In this document: positions 1-64,000 of the stretch, in pieces
Position numbering within the stretch: the first letter of the stretch is position 1
Layout: every line of letters begins with the position of its first letter
Assembly (NCBI GenBank): GCA_951406725.2
Contig: OX597831.1
Span: forward strand, 56,420,001 to 56,484,000
Source: Octopus vulgaris
Taxonomy: Eukaryota
DNA length: 64,000 nt
Direction of reading: 5' to 3'
Made by a program: the position numbers and the translations under genes
Notes under the pieces: model-generated
Told to the model about the DNA's origin: nothing
What the model saw: the letters and a program-made list of their open reading frames with translations, nothing else
Databases searched by the model: none

Positions 1-151
1 CCTTATAATATTTCTCCCTATGATGTTACTTAATACAATTACCATGTATTTCAAATATTCCTGAAAATATTTCTTTCTCCCATACAGACAGACACACACA
101 CACATGTGCTGTCTCTCTCTCTCTCTCACTCCCTCTCTGATTCTGACATAC

Positions 152-63432
<63,281 letters not shown>

Positions 63433-63781
63433 CTGAAATAATAGAGATATAAAAAAATGAATAATTAGAGAAATAATTAAACCCTATGTGAAATATATTG
63501 CTTTGACACAAAAATTCATTAAAAACAATTGTGAGTGGTGCATGGGTTTATTTAATTTAATTTTTTTATTATTCAGAGGAGAAAAGGAGTCAAAAGAAAG
63601 AGGGAAAATTATCATTAGACTGGAGATATAACTAAATAGTTACAAGAAAATGGACCCTGCTAAAGACATCCAGTGAGGTTTTGCTGTAGTTATGGAAGTA
63701 CATTCACCACAACCTTCATTTCTTCACTTGTTACTCCCTCCCTCTAGGCAATACTGGCAATACAATATAAGTAACACTATT

Positions 63782-63995
63782 AAGGCAACGAGCTGGCAGA
63801 AATGTTAGCATGCTGGGCGAAATGCTTAGTGGTATTTCATCTCTTTATGTTCTGAGTTCAAATTCCGCCGAGGTCGACCTTGCCTTTCATCCTTTTGGGG
63901 TCAATAAATTAAGTACCAGCAGCATAATGAGGTCGATCTAATCGACTGGCTCCCTCCCCCAAAATTTCAGGCCTTGTGCTAAGAGGAGAAAAGAA
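63782..63995 (+). mobile_element. SINE family B; others at about 12987, 18395, 33762, 38173(-), 59675, 60133, 60835
   Basis: Recurrent aaggc..gagctggcagaa...gagttcaaattcc (B-box-like)...gcctttcatcc; the copy at 38173-38390 has a 15-bp TSD aatacaattcctaat. Confidence 0.8.
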
Positions 63996-64000
63996 TATAA

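Overview
AT-rich, microsatellite- and SINE-dense animal genomic DNA; the repeat landscape suggests an octopus or other coleoid cephalopod (inference). The whole window lies inside one minus-strand gene of the VPS13A/VPS13C class (bridge-like lipid transfer protein). I read 28 exons by hand (63432 down to 152; 3513 nt, 1171 codons) that splice in frame without a stop, covering the central region and the VAB (SHR-BD) repeats. Both gene ends lie outside the window, and one intron is GC-AG. The introns hold three decayed Tc1/mariner transposons, two non-autonomous Helitron-like elements with the same 3' end, RTE and CR1-like LINE 3' fragments (one encoding three tandem C2H2 fingers), several tRNA-derived SINE families, TTAA- and hAT-type MITEs, and a tRNA-Gln pseudogene. 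Unexplained structure includes: (i) five intronic fold-back palindromes associated with hammerhead-like GAAAC-N-GTA motifs, one with a near-complete minimal hammerhead core (Penelope-like signature); (ii) two back-to-back long palindromes built from ordinary intron DNA; (iii) several frame-preserving candidate microexons in the 15.5 kb intron. Most entries in the ORF track are spurious.
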